Positions 16,212 to 25,028 of a DNA stretch of 35,267 nt are shown one piece after another. The DNA is from Polyangiaceae bacterium (GTDB lineage Bacteria; Myxococcota_A; Polyangia; Polyangiales; Polyangiaceae). The DNA is taken from positions 1 through 35,267 of the forward strand of contig JBGANF010000086.1 of NCBI GenBank assembly GCA_044222475.1. Reading direction: 5' to 3'. Each line of letters begins with the position of its first letter. Within the stretch, counting starts at the first letter, position 1. The notes beneath the pieces were generated by a model. The model did no database searches. It saw only the letters and a list, made by a program, of their open reading frames with translations, and was not told the DNA's origin. The position numbers and the translations under genes were made by a program.

Positions 16212-17207
16212 GTGCTTCGCTTTCGCTCGCTCGCCCTGGCCGCTCTCGCGGCCTTCACGATGGCCGCCTTCGCGTGCGCGAAGGACGCGGCGCCGTCGTT
16301 CCTCGAGGCCGACGACCTCGTCCCCACCGACGTCCCGTTCGATCGCAACACCATCGTCGAGAACACGGTCGCGCTGACCGATCCGTACTCTCTGCCCGAG
16401 GGCGTCGCCGCGTTCCTGAAGAAGACGCCCTACAAGCGGCCGAGCTTCCTCTCGGCGTACCAATCGAACGGCGTCGTCGCCGCCGATGCGATCACCCGCG
16501 CGGCCGAGGTGCACCAGATCAACCCGCTCGTCCTCTTGGTCCGCGCGCAGATGGATCAGGGCTTGATCGGCCAGCAGTACTATCCGTTCCCTCCCTCGCG
16601 CGTGGAGTACGTGTTTCGCTGCGGCTGCTCGGGTGACGTGTGCGATCCCGCGCTGGGCGGCTTCGACCGCCAAGTCGACTGCCTCGCGCGGACGATTCGC
16701 GCGTCGCTGAGCGAGGCGTGCGGCACCGCGCGCGAGACCGCGGGCGGCTGGGGCGTCGGGCGCACGTCGGGCACCGTCGACGGGATCGCCGTCACGCCCA
16801 CGAACGAAGCGACCGCCGCGCTCTACCAGTACATGCCGTTCGTCGGCGAAGGCACCGGCGGCAACTGGCTCTTCTGGAACCTGTGGCAGAAGTACTCGGT
16901 GTGGGTCGGCTACGCTGGCGCGTTCAGCGATCGCTGGATTGGTGACAGCTGCTGCGGTGACGCGTCGTGTCCGTACACCGGGGGCTCGTGCGCGGTGAAC
17001 GTGCCGGGCGGCATGTGCACCGCGACGTGCTCCGCGAAGTCGGCTTGCCCGACGGACCCTCAGCGCAAGGCCGTGTGCGCGAGCTTGTCGGGGAGCGGGT
17101 TCTGCCTGCGCGACTGCGCGACGGAGCCGTGTCGCAAAGGCTTCGCGTGCGTCAACGTCGCACTCATGGGCGGCGGTGGCGGCAAGGCGTGCCTTCCCGG
17201 CAAGTGA
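16212..17207 (+). CDS. Lipoprotein with a putative lysozyme-like/cell-wall domain and Cys-rich C-terminal domain
   Basis: Lipobox AFAC; core 'AADAITRAAEVHQINPLVLLVRAQMDQGLI...GC...CDP...GFDRQV...PTNEATAALYQYMP...GNWLFWNLW'; Cys-rich tail. Confidence 0.65.
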   Translation: MLRFRSLALAALAAFTMAAFACAKDAAPSFLEADDLVPTDVPFDRNTIVENTVALTDPYSLPEGVAAFLKKTPYKRPSFLSAYQSNGVVAADAITRAAEVHQINPLVLLVRAQMDQGLIGQQYYPFPPSRVEYVFRCGCSGDVCDPALGGFDRQVDCLARTIRASLSEACGTARETAGGWGVGRTSGTVDGIAVTPTNEATAALYQYMPFVGEGTGGNWLFWNLWQKYSVWVGYAGAFSDRWIGDSCCGDASCPYTGGSCAVNVPGGMCTATCSAKSACPTDPQRKAVCASLSGSGFCLRDCATEPCRKGFACVNVALMGGGGGKACLPGK

Positions 17208-17219
17208 AGAGCGAGTGAC

Positions 17220-17573
17220 TCAGCGTGCGGGCGGCGCCTGGATCGTCGCCGGAGGTGCAGGCCCCCGAGCGGGCGGACCATGCGGGACCGGCCCATACGC
17301 CGGCGGCGCTACGGTCACCGGCCGCCGCTGCGACAAGAACGGCGGCTCGTTGCGGTAGTACACCCAACCGTTGCCGTGCCGCCGGTACCAGCGCCCCTCG
17401 ACCCAGTAGACCGGGCCGCCGTCGTAGAAGACGTAGGGATACGTCTCGACGTGCACCGGCGCTGGCGTCACGATCACGTCCGCCGGTCCGTAGGCCGGAC
17501 GCGCCTCGACGTAGCAGCTCGTGGCGACGAGAAGTGCGACGCAGAACGCGACCTGTTCGACGATGCGCTTCAT
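17220..17573 (-). CDS. Small Pro/Tyr/Trp-rich lipoprotein (117 aa)
   Basis: MKRIVEQVAFCVALLVATSC lipobox; 'YPYVFYDGGPVYWVEGRWYRR...WVYY'; Pro-rich tail. Confidence 0.75.
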   Translation of the reverse strand: MKRIVEQVAFCVALLVATSCYVEARPAYGPADVIVTPAPVHVETYPYVFYDGGPVYWVEGRWYRRHGNGWVYYRNEPPFLSQRRPVTVAPPAYGPVPHGPPARGPAPPATIQAPPAR

Positions 17574-17588
17574 GGTGCTCACCATCGG

Positions 17589-17605
17589 AGCAAGCGCGAT
17601 GCCAG
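17589..17605 (-). promoter_or_regulatory. Sigma54 (-24/-12) promoter
   Basis: CTGGCATCGCGCTTGCT = TGGCA-N6-TTGC with exact GG-N10-GC spacing, in the intergenic gap 15 nt upstream of ATG 17573. Confidence 0.65.
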
Positions 17606-17610
17606 GTCGA

Positions 17611-18699
17611 TCAGGCGACGGCGCGCTCGAGGATCTCGCGTGCGAGATCCAACACATCCAAGCCGAGCTGCCCGGCGCCGAGCACCATGGCGTCGGCCGG
17701 GCGGCGAGCGAGGCGTTCGCGCACACGCAAGAAATGCGGGAGGTACACGCGCTCGCGGCCGAGGCCTGGCGTGCGCCCGTCGCTCCCGCGGAAGATGCGC
17801 TCGGCGATGCCCAACGCCACGGAGTCGTGCGCACCGAAGTCGCGCGTGAGGTGACGCATCACCTCCACGAAGTCCGCGCCCTTGGCCATGGCGTCGCAGG
17901 CGAGGTGACGGAGGCCGAGCTCGAAGCGGCGCTCTCCATCGAGGAGCTCCGCCTTCTCTTCGTGCCACAGCGCGAAGCCCTCTTGCGTGTCGTGCCCACC
18001 CGCCGTGCCGACGAAGAACAGGCGCAGCGGTAGCAGACGTGCCCGCGCCCGCGGGACGACGTGCCCTTCGATCTCGTGGATCGCGGTGCGACGCGCGACC
18101 GCGTCGGTCACGAGGCGACCGCGCGACACGTACACGTTGCGCGAGCCCGTCGCGGCGAGCGAAGCCAGGCCGTCGACGACGCGCACGCCGAACGGCAGTC
18201 GGCGCGCGCCGATCTCGGACTCGAGCAAGCTGCGCAGCGAGCTCGGGTGGGCATCGTCGGTCGCGCGGCGGGGCTCTTCGCGCACCTCGGCGCCGGCCGA
18301 GGCCCAGCGCTTGGCGGTCGCGGATGCCTCGCTACCTTCCGTCGCGAAGCGCCGGGCCGACAGCTCGGCGATCGCCGGCGTCCCGGCGGCAGCTTGGAGC
18401 TCGAGCTCGATCGCGATCTCCTCGATGCGTGCAAAGTACACGCGACCGAGCGGGCTGCGCTCTCGCCGCGCCGCGTCGGCGATCGTGGCGACGGCTCCGT
18501 CCGTCGGCGAAGGCGGGGCGTCGTACCTCCACCGCGGCATCGCCTCTCCGCCGCACGCGAACGCCGCAGCGAGGCGTTCGTGCTCCTCGCGGCCGTTCAC
18601 CGGCGTGAGCGCCTGCAAGAGGCGCACGGTCGCGGCGAGGCCGGCGACGGCGCGGTCGAGGCGTTCGAGAGAACCTTCCATGGGAGATCCGAACAGCAT
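17611..18699 (-). CDS. DUF1704 / QEGLA-motif metallopeptidase (MATCAP-like)
   Basis: HExxxH 'HEIEGHV' and 'TQEGFA'; 'RIFRG...RERVYL'. Start may be 18681. Confidence 0.8.
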   Translation of the reverse strand: MLFGSPMEGSLERLDRAVAGLAATVRLLQALTPVNGREEHERLAAAFACGGEAMPRWRYDAPPSPTDGAVATIADAARRERSPLGRVYFARIEEIAIELELQAAAGTPAIAELSARRFATEGSEASATAKRWASAGAEVREEPRRATDDAHPSSLRSLLESEIGARRLPFGVRVVDGLASLAATGSRNVYVSRGRLVTDAVARRTAIHEIEGHVVPRARARLLPLRLFFVGTAGGHDTQEGFALWHEEKAELLDGERRFELGLRHLACDAMAKGADFVEVMRHLTRDFGAHDSVALGIAERIFRGSDGRTPGLGRERVYLPHFLRVRERLARRPADAMVLGAGQLGLDVLDLAREILERAVA

Positions 18700-18743
18700 A
18701 GCTCCTAACTGCGCGCGTTTTGCGCTAGCGTCGTCTTCGCCGA

Positions 18744-20048
18744 ATGAAGAAGAACTACGTCCTCGACACGAACGTCCTGCTCCACGACCCGCGCGCCATC
18801 AACCGCTTCGAGGACAACGACGTCATCATCCCCATCTACGTCATCGAAGAGGTCGATCAGTTCAAGCGCGAGGGCACCGAGCGTGGCCGAAATGCACGGC
18901 AGATCGCAAGGTTGCTGGACGATCTTCGGGAGAAGGGCTCGCTCGCGAAGGGCGTCTTGCTCGAGAGCGGGGGCCTCCTCCGAGTCGCCGTCCCGTCGAA
19001 GCGCCCCGAGCTCGAGAGCGCGATCGATCACGCCGCGATGGACGCCGCGATCCTCCAGTGCGCGTTCGACGTGCGCGAGCAGGACGGCGGGCGACCGACG
19101 GTGTTCGTCACGATGGACACCAACCTGCGCATCCGAGCCGACGCGCTCGGGATGGCAGCCGAGACGTACGAGAACACCCGCGTCGAGGTCGACCGCCTCG
19201 ACACCGGCCTCAAGGACGTCGTCGTCGAGACGAACGCGATCGATCTCTTCTTCGAGGAGGGTCGGCTCCCGCTGGAAGAGGAGGGACTCCACGCGAACCT
19301 GTGCGTGCTCCTTCGCGACAAGGCGAGCGCGACCCACACCGCGCTCGGCCGCTGGGACGCGGCAAAGAAAGAGGTCGTCGCGCTGCGTACTCCGCGCGAG
19401 GGCGTGATGGGCGTGCGCCCGCGCAACAAGGAGCAGAGCTACGCGCTCGACCTCCTCCTCGACGAGAACATTCGCCTCGTCACGCTCGTCGGCAAGGCGG
19501 GCACCGGCAAGACGCTCCTCGCGATCGCCGCCGGTCTCAAGAAGACCCTCGAAGACGGCGTCTACACCCGGATGCTCGTGTCGCGGCCGGTCATGCCGCT
19601 CGGGCGCGACATCGGCTACCTGCCCGGTGACGTCGACGAGAAGCTCAACCCGTGGATGCAGCCCATCTTCGACAACCTCGAGTTCCTCTTCTCGAGCGGC
19701 AAGCGCGGGACCCGCGCCTACGCGGAGCTGCTCGAGAACGGGCAGATTCAAGTCGAGCCGCTCACGTACATTCGCGGGCGCTCGCTCCCGCAGCAGTTCA
19801 TCATCGTCGACGAGGCGCAGAACCTGACCCCGCACGAGGTGAAGACGATCATCACTCGCTCGGGCGATGGCACCAAGATCGTCCTCACCGGTGATCCGCA
19901 GCAGATCGACAACCCGTACGTCGACAGCGCGTCCAACGGGCTCACGATCGCGGCCGACAAGTTCCGCGGCGAGAAGCTCGCTGGGCACATCGTCTTGGCC
20001 AAGGGCGAGCGCAGCGATCTCGCGGAGATCGCTGCCAACTTGCTTTGA
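18744..20048 (+). CDS. PIN-PhoH (PhoH2) family ATPase/ribonuclease
   Basis: N-terminal PIN 'YVLDTNVLLHDP'; Walker A 'GKAGTGKT'; 'GYLPG', 'YIRGRS', 'IVDEAQN', 'GDPQQID', 'ERS'. Confidence 0.93.
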   Translation: MKKNYVLDTNVLLHDPRAINRFEDNDVIIPIYVIEEVDQFKREGTERGRNARQIARLLDDLREKGSLAKGVLLESGGLLRVAVPSKRPELESAIDHAAMDAAILQCAFDVREQDGGRPTVFVTMDTNLRIRADALGMAAETYENTRVEVDRLDTGLKDVVVETNAIDLFFEEGRLPLEEEGLHANLCVLLRDKASATHTALGRWDAAKKEVVALRTPREGVMGVRPRNKEQSYALDLLLDENIRLVTLVGKAGTGKTLLAIAAGLKKTLEDGVYTRMLVSRPVMPLGRDIGYLPGDVDEKLNPWMQPIFDNLEFLFSSGKRGTRAYAELLENGQIQVEPLTYIRGRSLPQQFIIVDEAQNLTPHEVKTIITRSGDGTKIVLTGDPQQIDNPYVDSASNGLTIAADKFRGEKLAGHIVLAKGERSDLAEIAANLL

Positions 20049-20130
20049 GGGCGTGGCGACGGTTTTTCGCTTCGAGCGCGTAGCCGTGCCGAGCTCTTGC
20101 AGTTCGCGCGGGTTCCGTCATTGTCTTTGC

Positions 20131-20559
20131 GTGAAAGTCGGATCGCTCGTCGTGGTCGCGAGTCTCCTTGCGGGATGCAGCTCGATTCAGGCGACCGCGA
20201 TCGCGACCGGGCCGGTTCACGCCGCTCCGCGCGCGGGGCCGGTCGCGATCTATGCGAGCCACGTCCCTCCGGCGGCGACGGAGCTCGGGCTCGTCGAGGT
20301 GAAAGGGGAGGGCGACGAGGGTGGCGTGGACGCGCTCTTGCCGCTCTTCGTCGAGAAGGTCGCCGCCCTCGGCGGTGACGCCGCCGTGATCGACTCGGTG
20401 GACGCGCGCTACGAGGTCTCGGTCACGACCACCCCGGAGACGATGCTCGCGCCCTGCCCGTGGCGCACGTGCACGAGCACGCGCTACGTCCCGACCCAGA
20501 CCGAGGTGCTCGTGGTCACGATGCGCGGCCGCGCGATGAAGACGGAGGTCGTGCAGTGA
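20131..20559 (+). CDS. Lipoprotein, YbjQ/heavy-metal-binding-like fold
   Basis: GTG 20131, lipobox LAGC; 'ELGLVEV...KVAALGGDAAVI'. Confidence 0.65.
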   Translation: MKVGSLVVVASLLAGCSSIQATAIATGPVHAAPRAGPVAIYASHVPPAATELGLVEVKGEGDEGGVDALLPLFVEKVAALGGDAAVIDSVDARYEVSVTTTPETMLAPCPWRTCTSTRYVPTQTEVLVVTMRGRAMKTEVVQ

Positions 20560-20885
20560 AACGGATCGCGCCGCTGCTCCTCCTGCTCGCCGCGTGCGGT
20601 CACGTCGATCGTCACGAGGTCGTGTTCCGCACCGCACCGCCCACCGGTCATCCCGCCGACGTCTACATGGAGGGGCAGGCGGTCGAGACCCCGGTCGACG
20701 ACCTCGCGCTGCTGCAGGTCATGTCGTACGGCAACGCCGCCGGCACCGAGGCCACCGTCGCCGAGCTGCGCGCGCGCGCCACCGCCCTCGGCTGTGACGC
20801 GGTCGTTCGCGTCCGCATCGTGAACGGATCGACCGGAACGCACGGCTTCGGCGTCTGCGCGCGGCGGGCGCCGAAGGCGGAGTGA
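20556..20885 (+). CDS. Lipoprotein, YbjQ-like, paralog of the upstream gene
   Basis: GTGA overlap with GGAGG RBS; lipobox LAAC; 'ELRARATALGCDAVVRV'. Confidence 0.7.
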   Translation: MKRIAPLLLLLAACGHVDRHEVVFRTAPPTGHPADVYMEGQAVETPVDDLALLQVMSYGNAAGTEATVAELRARATALGCDAVVRVRIVNGSTGTHGFGVCARRAPKAE

Positions 20886-20899
20886 GGTATCTTGGAGTC

Positions 20900-21775
20900 G
20901 TGAAGAGGCCCCTCGTGCTCGTGCTGCTCGCCGTCGCGTTCTCCGCGCCGATCGCGCACGCGCAGACGCCGGGCGAGGACGACGGCGCCGAGAGCCAAGA
21001 CGCGGGAGCTCCGGTGCTTCCGCTCGACGGCGGAAACGTGCATTCTGCAAGTCATCCGACGAAGCGGACCGAGAAGGACGGGATGGTCCTCGTGACCGGC
21101 GGGCGCTTCACGATGGGCTCGAACGACGGCACGGCGCCGGCGAACGAGAAGCCGGCGCACGCCGAGACGGTCGCCTCGTTCTGGATCGACAAGACCGAGG
21201 TCACGGTCGGCGCGTACCGCGTGTGCGTGGCGGAGAAGAAGTGCGCGCCGCCGCAGCGCACGAGCCCGCTCTGCACGTGGGACCTCGGTGACGACGCGCT
21301 GCCGGTGGCGTGCGTCCGCTTCCTGGACGCCGACGGCTACTGCCGACACGTCGGCAAGCGGCTCCCGCACGAGGTCGAGTGGGAGCTCGCCGCGAGAGGA
21401 CCGCAGCCGCTCCGTTACCCGTGGGGCGGAGGGGCGTCGTCGTGCGCGACCGCTGCGACGCTCATCAACGACGCGACCGGGCGATCGTGCACCGGTCGTC
21501 GCCCGTCGCACGTCGGGGCGCACGCGATGGGCGCGAGCCCGTTCGGCGCGCTCGACATGGCGGGCAACGTCGAAGAGTGGACGGCGGATTGGTACGTCGA
21601 GCACGTCGCGCCGGGCGCTCGTCCCCACACGGGATCGAGTCACGTCCTTCGCGGCGGCGGCTGGCTCTCGCCGCCCGGTCAGTCGAAGACGACGAGTCGG
21701 AATTGGGGATCGTCGGTCGAAGCGGGACCCAACGTGGGCTTTCGGTGCGTGCGCGAAGGTACGAGCCAACATTGA
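20900..21775 (+). CDS. Formylglycine-generating enzyme (FGE-sulfatase/SUMF1) family secreted protein
   Basis: Signal peptide; 'FTMGS', 'FWIDKTEVT', 'RLPHEVEWELAARG', 'YPWG', 'DMAGNVEEW', 'VLRGGGW', 'GFRC'. Start 20900 or 20882. Confidence 0.9.
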   Translation: MKRPLVLVLLAVAFSAPIAHAQTPGEDDGAESQDAGAPVLPLDGGNVHSASHPTKRTEKDGMVLVTGGRFTMGSNDGTAPANEKPAHAETVASFWIDKTEVTVGAYRVCVAEKKCAPPQRTSPLCTWDLGDDALPVACVRFLDADGYCRHVGKRLPHEVEWELAARGPQPLRYPWGGGASSCATAATLINDATGRSCTGRRPSHVGAHAMGASPFGALDMAGNVEEWTADWYVEHVAPGARPHTGSSHVLRGGGWLSPPGQSKTTSRNWGSSVEAGPNVGFRCVREGTSQH

Positions 21776-24285
21776 GGGGCCTCGTCGGTCGGGACCGAGA
21801 GCTCCTCGCGGTGCGCGACGCGTTCGCGAGTGGAGCGCCCATCGTGACGCTGCTCGGGCCTCCAGGGATGGGGAAGACGCGCCTCGCGGAGCGCCTCGTC
21901 GAGCTCGAGCTCGAGCGGGGAGCGCGCGCGCAGTTCTGCGACGTGAGCGAGGCCCGCACCGAAGCGGCGCTGCTCCACGCGATCGCCGCGTGCGTCGCGC
22001 CCGCTCACGAAGGCGGCTCCGCCTTGGCCGTCGAGGATCTCGCGGCGCGACTCGTGGGCTTCGGCGCGCTGCTCTTGGTGCTCGACAACTTCGAGCAGGT
22101 CGTCGTCGCTGCGCCGCTCGTCGTGGAGCTCGTCCGGCTCGCGCCGGAGCTGAGGATCCTCGTGACGTCACGAGAGCGCCTCGCGGTCCAGGGCGAGACC
22201 GCGATCGAGCTCGGCCCGCTCTCGTCCGTCGAGGCTGCGCGCCTCTTTCGGGAGCGCGCGGCCGAGGTCGGTGGTGCAGTCGGCGGAAGCGCGGCGGTGA
22301 TCGACACGCTCGTGACCCGGCTCGACGGCATCCCGCTCGCGCTCGAGCTCGCTGCCGCCCGGACGCGCGTGATGACGCCGGAACAGCTCGCGGCACGGCT
22401 CGACGAGCGCTTCGCGCTTCTCCGTCGGTCGCGCTCCGACGGAGAGAAGCACGCCGCGCTCGAGTCGGCGATCGACGGCTCGTGGGAGCTCCTCGACGCC
22501 TCCGAGCAGCGCGCGCTCGCCGAGCTCTCGGTGTTCGCCGGGAGCTTCACGCTCGAAGCGGCCGAGGCCGTGCTCGCTCGCGAGATCGATCCGATGCAGC
22601 GCATCCCCGCGCTCCGCGACAAGTCGCTCGTCCACATGGCGTCGCCCGGTCGTCTCGCTCTCTTCGTGAGCATCCGCGAGTATGCGGCGGCCCGTCTCGA
22701 CGAGCTCGGCGAGGCGCGGAAGCGCGAGGCGCTCAGTCGACACGCGCGGTTCTTCGCCGCGCGCGCCAAGGAGCTCAACGTGTCGCGGCTCTTCCAGGGG
22801 ACCAGCCCGGACTCCGAGCTCCGCCGTCGTCTGCTCGAGGATCGCGACAACCTGCTCGCCGCGCTCGCCTTCGCGCGAACGGCCGAGCCGCGCGAGCCGG
22901 CGGTGTTCGCGGAGCTCGCGGGTGGGGTGACGCAGCTCTACCTCGCTCCGGGTGCGACGTGCCTCGAGCTCATGAACGAAGCGCTGGACGTCGAGGTCGA
23001 TTCGAGTCGGCGACTTCGTCTCCTCCTCGCGCGCCAAGGCCTCCACAGCTCGCTCGGCATGTTCGAGGCGAGCCAGCGCGATCTCGCGACGGTGCTCGCG
23101 ACGAAGGACCTGCCGGCGCCGCTCCGGGCGCTCGCGCTCAACACGCAAGGCATCCAAGAGCGCTTTCAGTCGCGGTACCGCGCGGCCTGGACGAGCCACG
23201 TCCTCGCCGAGTCGGCGCTCGAGTCGCTCGATCTGCCTCGCCTCGCCGCGATCAACACGGCCTGCATGGGGCGACTCCAGTGCGACTTCGGTGACGAGAA
23301 CCTCGGTCGCAAGTACAACGAGCGCGCGCGCGCGATCTGCGTCGACATCGGCGATCGATGGCTCGAGGCGTTGGTCCTCGGCAACCTCGGCCAGCTCGAG
23401 CAGGAGCACGGCAACTTCGACGTCGCTCGCGAGATGCTCGCCCTCGCGGTCGAGCGCTTTCGCGAGGCGAGCGAGCCGTTGTACCTCGGCGTCTACCTCG
23501 GCGTCCTCGGTGACCTCTGCTTCGAGGCCGAGGCGATCGACGAGGCTCGCCGCGCGTACGAAGAGGCGGGGACGTTCTTCGCTCGGTGGCGAGCGCACCG
23601 GCAGGGCGCGGCGCTGTATGCCGCGTGGGGCGCGCTCGAAGCGCGTCACGGCGATCTCGCCGCCGCCGAGACTCGGTTCGCGCAGGCCCGTCGGATCGCC
23701 GATCGCTGCGACAGCCCCACGGTTCGGCTGCTCCTCGAGCTGCACGAAGCGGCGCTACGTCTTCGACGGGCGGCGCCGGCCGCGCTGGAGAGCGAGCGCG
23801 CGAAGTGGATCGCGCGCCGCGATGCGCTCGCGCGTGGCATCGGCGATCCGAACGCCTCCGGCGAGCTCGAGATCGTCGCGTGCTCGATCGACGTGCGGTT
23901 CGCGCTCCGGATGCTGAGCCAAGCGCTCGCCGCGCACGAGGCCTCGCCGTCGGCGGCGCTGCTCGTCGCTGCCGACGGGGCGTGGTTTCAGCTGCGCGGG
24001 GGCGCGAAGGTCGATCTCCTGCGTCGGGGCCCGCTCCGGCGACTGCTCGCTGCGTTGGCCGCCGGTCACTCGACGTCGCGGGGCGTGGCGCTCGCCCCCG
24101 CGGCGCTCGTCGACGAGGCATGGCCGGGCGAGCGCGTCCTCGAGAGCGCGGCGGCGACCCGCCTTCGGGTCGCGATCGCGACGCTCCGAAAGATGGGGCT
24201 GAAGCCGTACCTGCGGACGGGGCCGAGCGGCTACCTGCTGGATCCCGAGGCGCAGGTCGAACGAGTGGGCTTTAACAAGGATTAA
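21772..24285 (+). CDS. STAND-class (NB-ARC/AfsR-like) ATPase with TPRs and C-terminal winged helix; putative transcriptional regulator
   Basis: 'LVGRDREL', Walker A GPPGMGKT, Walker B LLVLDNFE, 'TSRE', 'LDGIPLALELAAAR', TPR region, C-terminal 'WPGERV...RLRVAIATLRKMGL...GYLLDP'. TTG start overlaps the upstream TGA (start uncertain). Confidence 0.85.
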   Translation: MRGLVGRDRELLAVRDAFASGAPIVTLLGPPGMGKTRLAERLVELELERGARAQFCDVSEARTEAALLHAIAACVAPAHEGGSALAVEDLAARLVGFGALLLVLDNFEQVVVAAPLVVELVRLAPELRILVTSRERLAVQGETAIELGPLSSVEAARLFRERAAEVGGAVGGSAAVIDTLVTRLDGIPLALELAAARTRVMTPEQLAARLDERFALLRRSRSDGEKHAALESAIDGSWELLDASEQRALAELSVFAGSFTLEAAEAVLAREIDPMQRIPALRDKSLVHMASPGRLALFVSIREYAAARLDELGEARKREALSRHARFFAARAKELNVSRLFQGTSPDSELRRRLLEDRDNLLAALAFARTAEPREPAVFAELAGGVTQLYLAPGATCLELMNEALDVEVDSSRRLRLLLARQGLHSSLGMFEASQRDLATVLATKDLPAPLRALALNTQGIQERFQSRYRAAWTSHVLAESALESLDLPRLAAINTACMGRLQCDFGDENLGRKYNERARAICVDIGDRWLEALVLGNLGQLEQEHGNFDVAREMLALAVERFREASEPLYLGVYLGVLGDLCFEAEAIDEARRAYEEAGTFFARWRAHRQGAALYAAWGALEARHGDLAAAETRFAQARRIADRCDSPTVRLLLELHEAALRLRRAAPAALESERAKWIARRDALARGIGDPNASGELEIVACSIDVRFALRMLSQALAAHEASPSAALLVAADGAWFQLRGGAKVDLLRRGPLRRLLAALAAGHSTSRGVALAPAALVDEAWPGERVLESAAATRLRVAIATLRKMGLKPYLRTGPSGYLLDPEAQVERVGFNKD

Positions 24286-24321
24286 CGGCCATTCGCCACA
24301 CCGTGAGCTAGGTTTCCGCGC

Positions 24322-25002
24322 ATGCAACGCCAGCTTCTCGTCGCTTTCGCTCTCGTCGCCCTCGCCGGGTGCTCTTCCGCCACCGGCACCTCGCCGACCG
24401 ACGCCGGTCCGACCGCCGACGCGGCCGCGGACTCCGCCGCCGACGCCGGCCTGGTCTGCGACCCGCCGCCGCGGGCGAGCAAGTGCGGCAACGAGGGCTC
24501 CTGGATCCGCGGCGTCGTCCGCTTCGACCCGTCGCACTACGCCGCCGGCGCGAAGCCCATCCTCCGACTCACCCTGCGGCACAAGTTCGTCTTGGTGGCC
24601 GGCGAAGAGAACATCGGCGGCCGCCTCCACATGTTCCAGAGCACCAAGCTCACCGATTGGAGCTCCGGCGTCGTGCCCTTCGCGATCGACATGTGCGGCC
24701 TCGGGACCGCGATGTGGAGCGAGGAGAACGGCACGTTCAACCTCATCGCCTCGATCGACGAAAACGCGAACAACAACCTCGCGTTGGCCACGACGAACGA
24801 AGACGCGATCACCATCGCCACCATCGATCCGGGAGAGCTCACGAAGATGGTCCCCGTCGACGTGTCGTGCAATGCACCGTCCGCCTGCCTCGACATCAAG
24901 CTCGACTGCACCGACGGGTCGAAGTGCACCACCATCACCCCGATGGCGTCGTGCACCAAGAAGACGCCCGGGTGCACGAGCGACGACGAGTTCTGCAACT
25001 GA
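24322..25002 (+). CDS. Hypothetical Cys-rich lipoprotein
   Basis: Lipobox LAGC, DAG/DAA low-complexity linker, multiple Cys. Confidence 0.8.
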   Translation: MQRQLLVAFALVALAGCSSATGTSPTDAGPTADAAADSAADAGLVCDPPPRASKCGNEGSWIRGVVRFDPSHYAAGAKPILRLTLRHKFVLVAGEENIGGRLHMFQSTKLTDWSSGVVPFAIDMCGLGTAMWSEENGTFNLIASIDENANNNLALATTNEDAITIATIDPGELTKMVPVDVSCNAPSACLDIKLDCTDGSKCTTITPMASCTKKTPGCTSDDEFCN

Positions 25003-25028
25003 CGAGCACCAAGACGCGCCCAAGAGCG

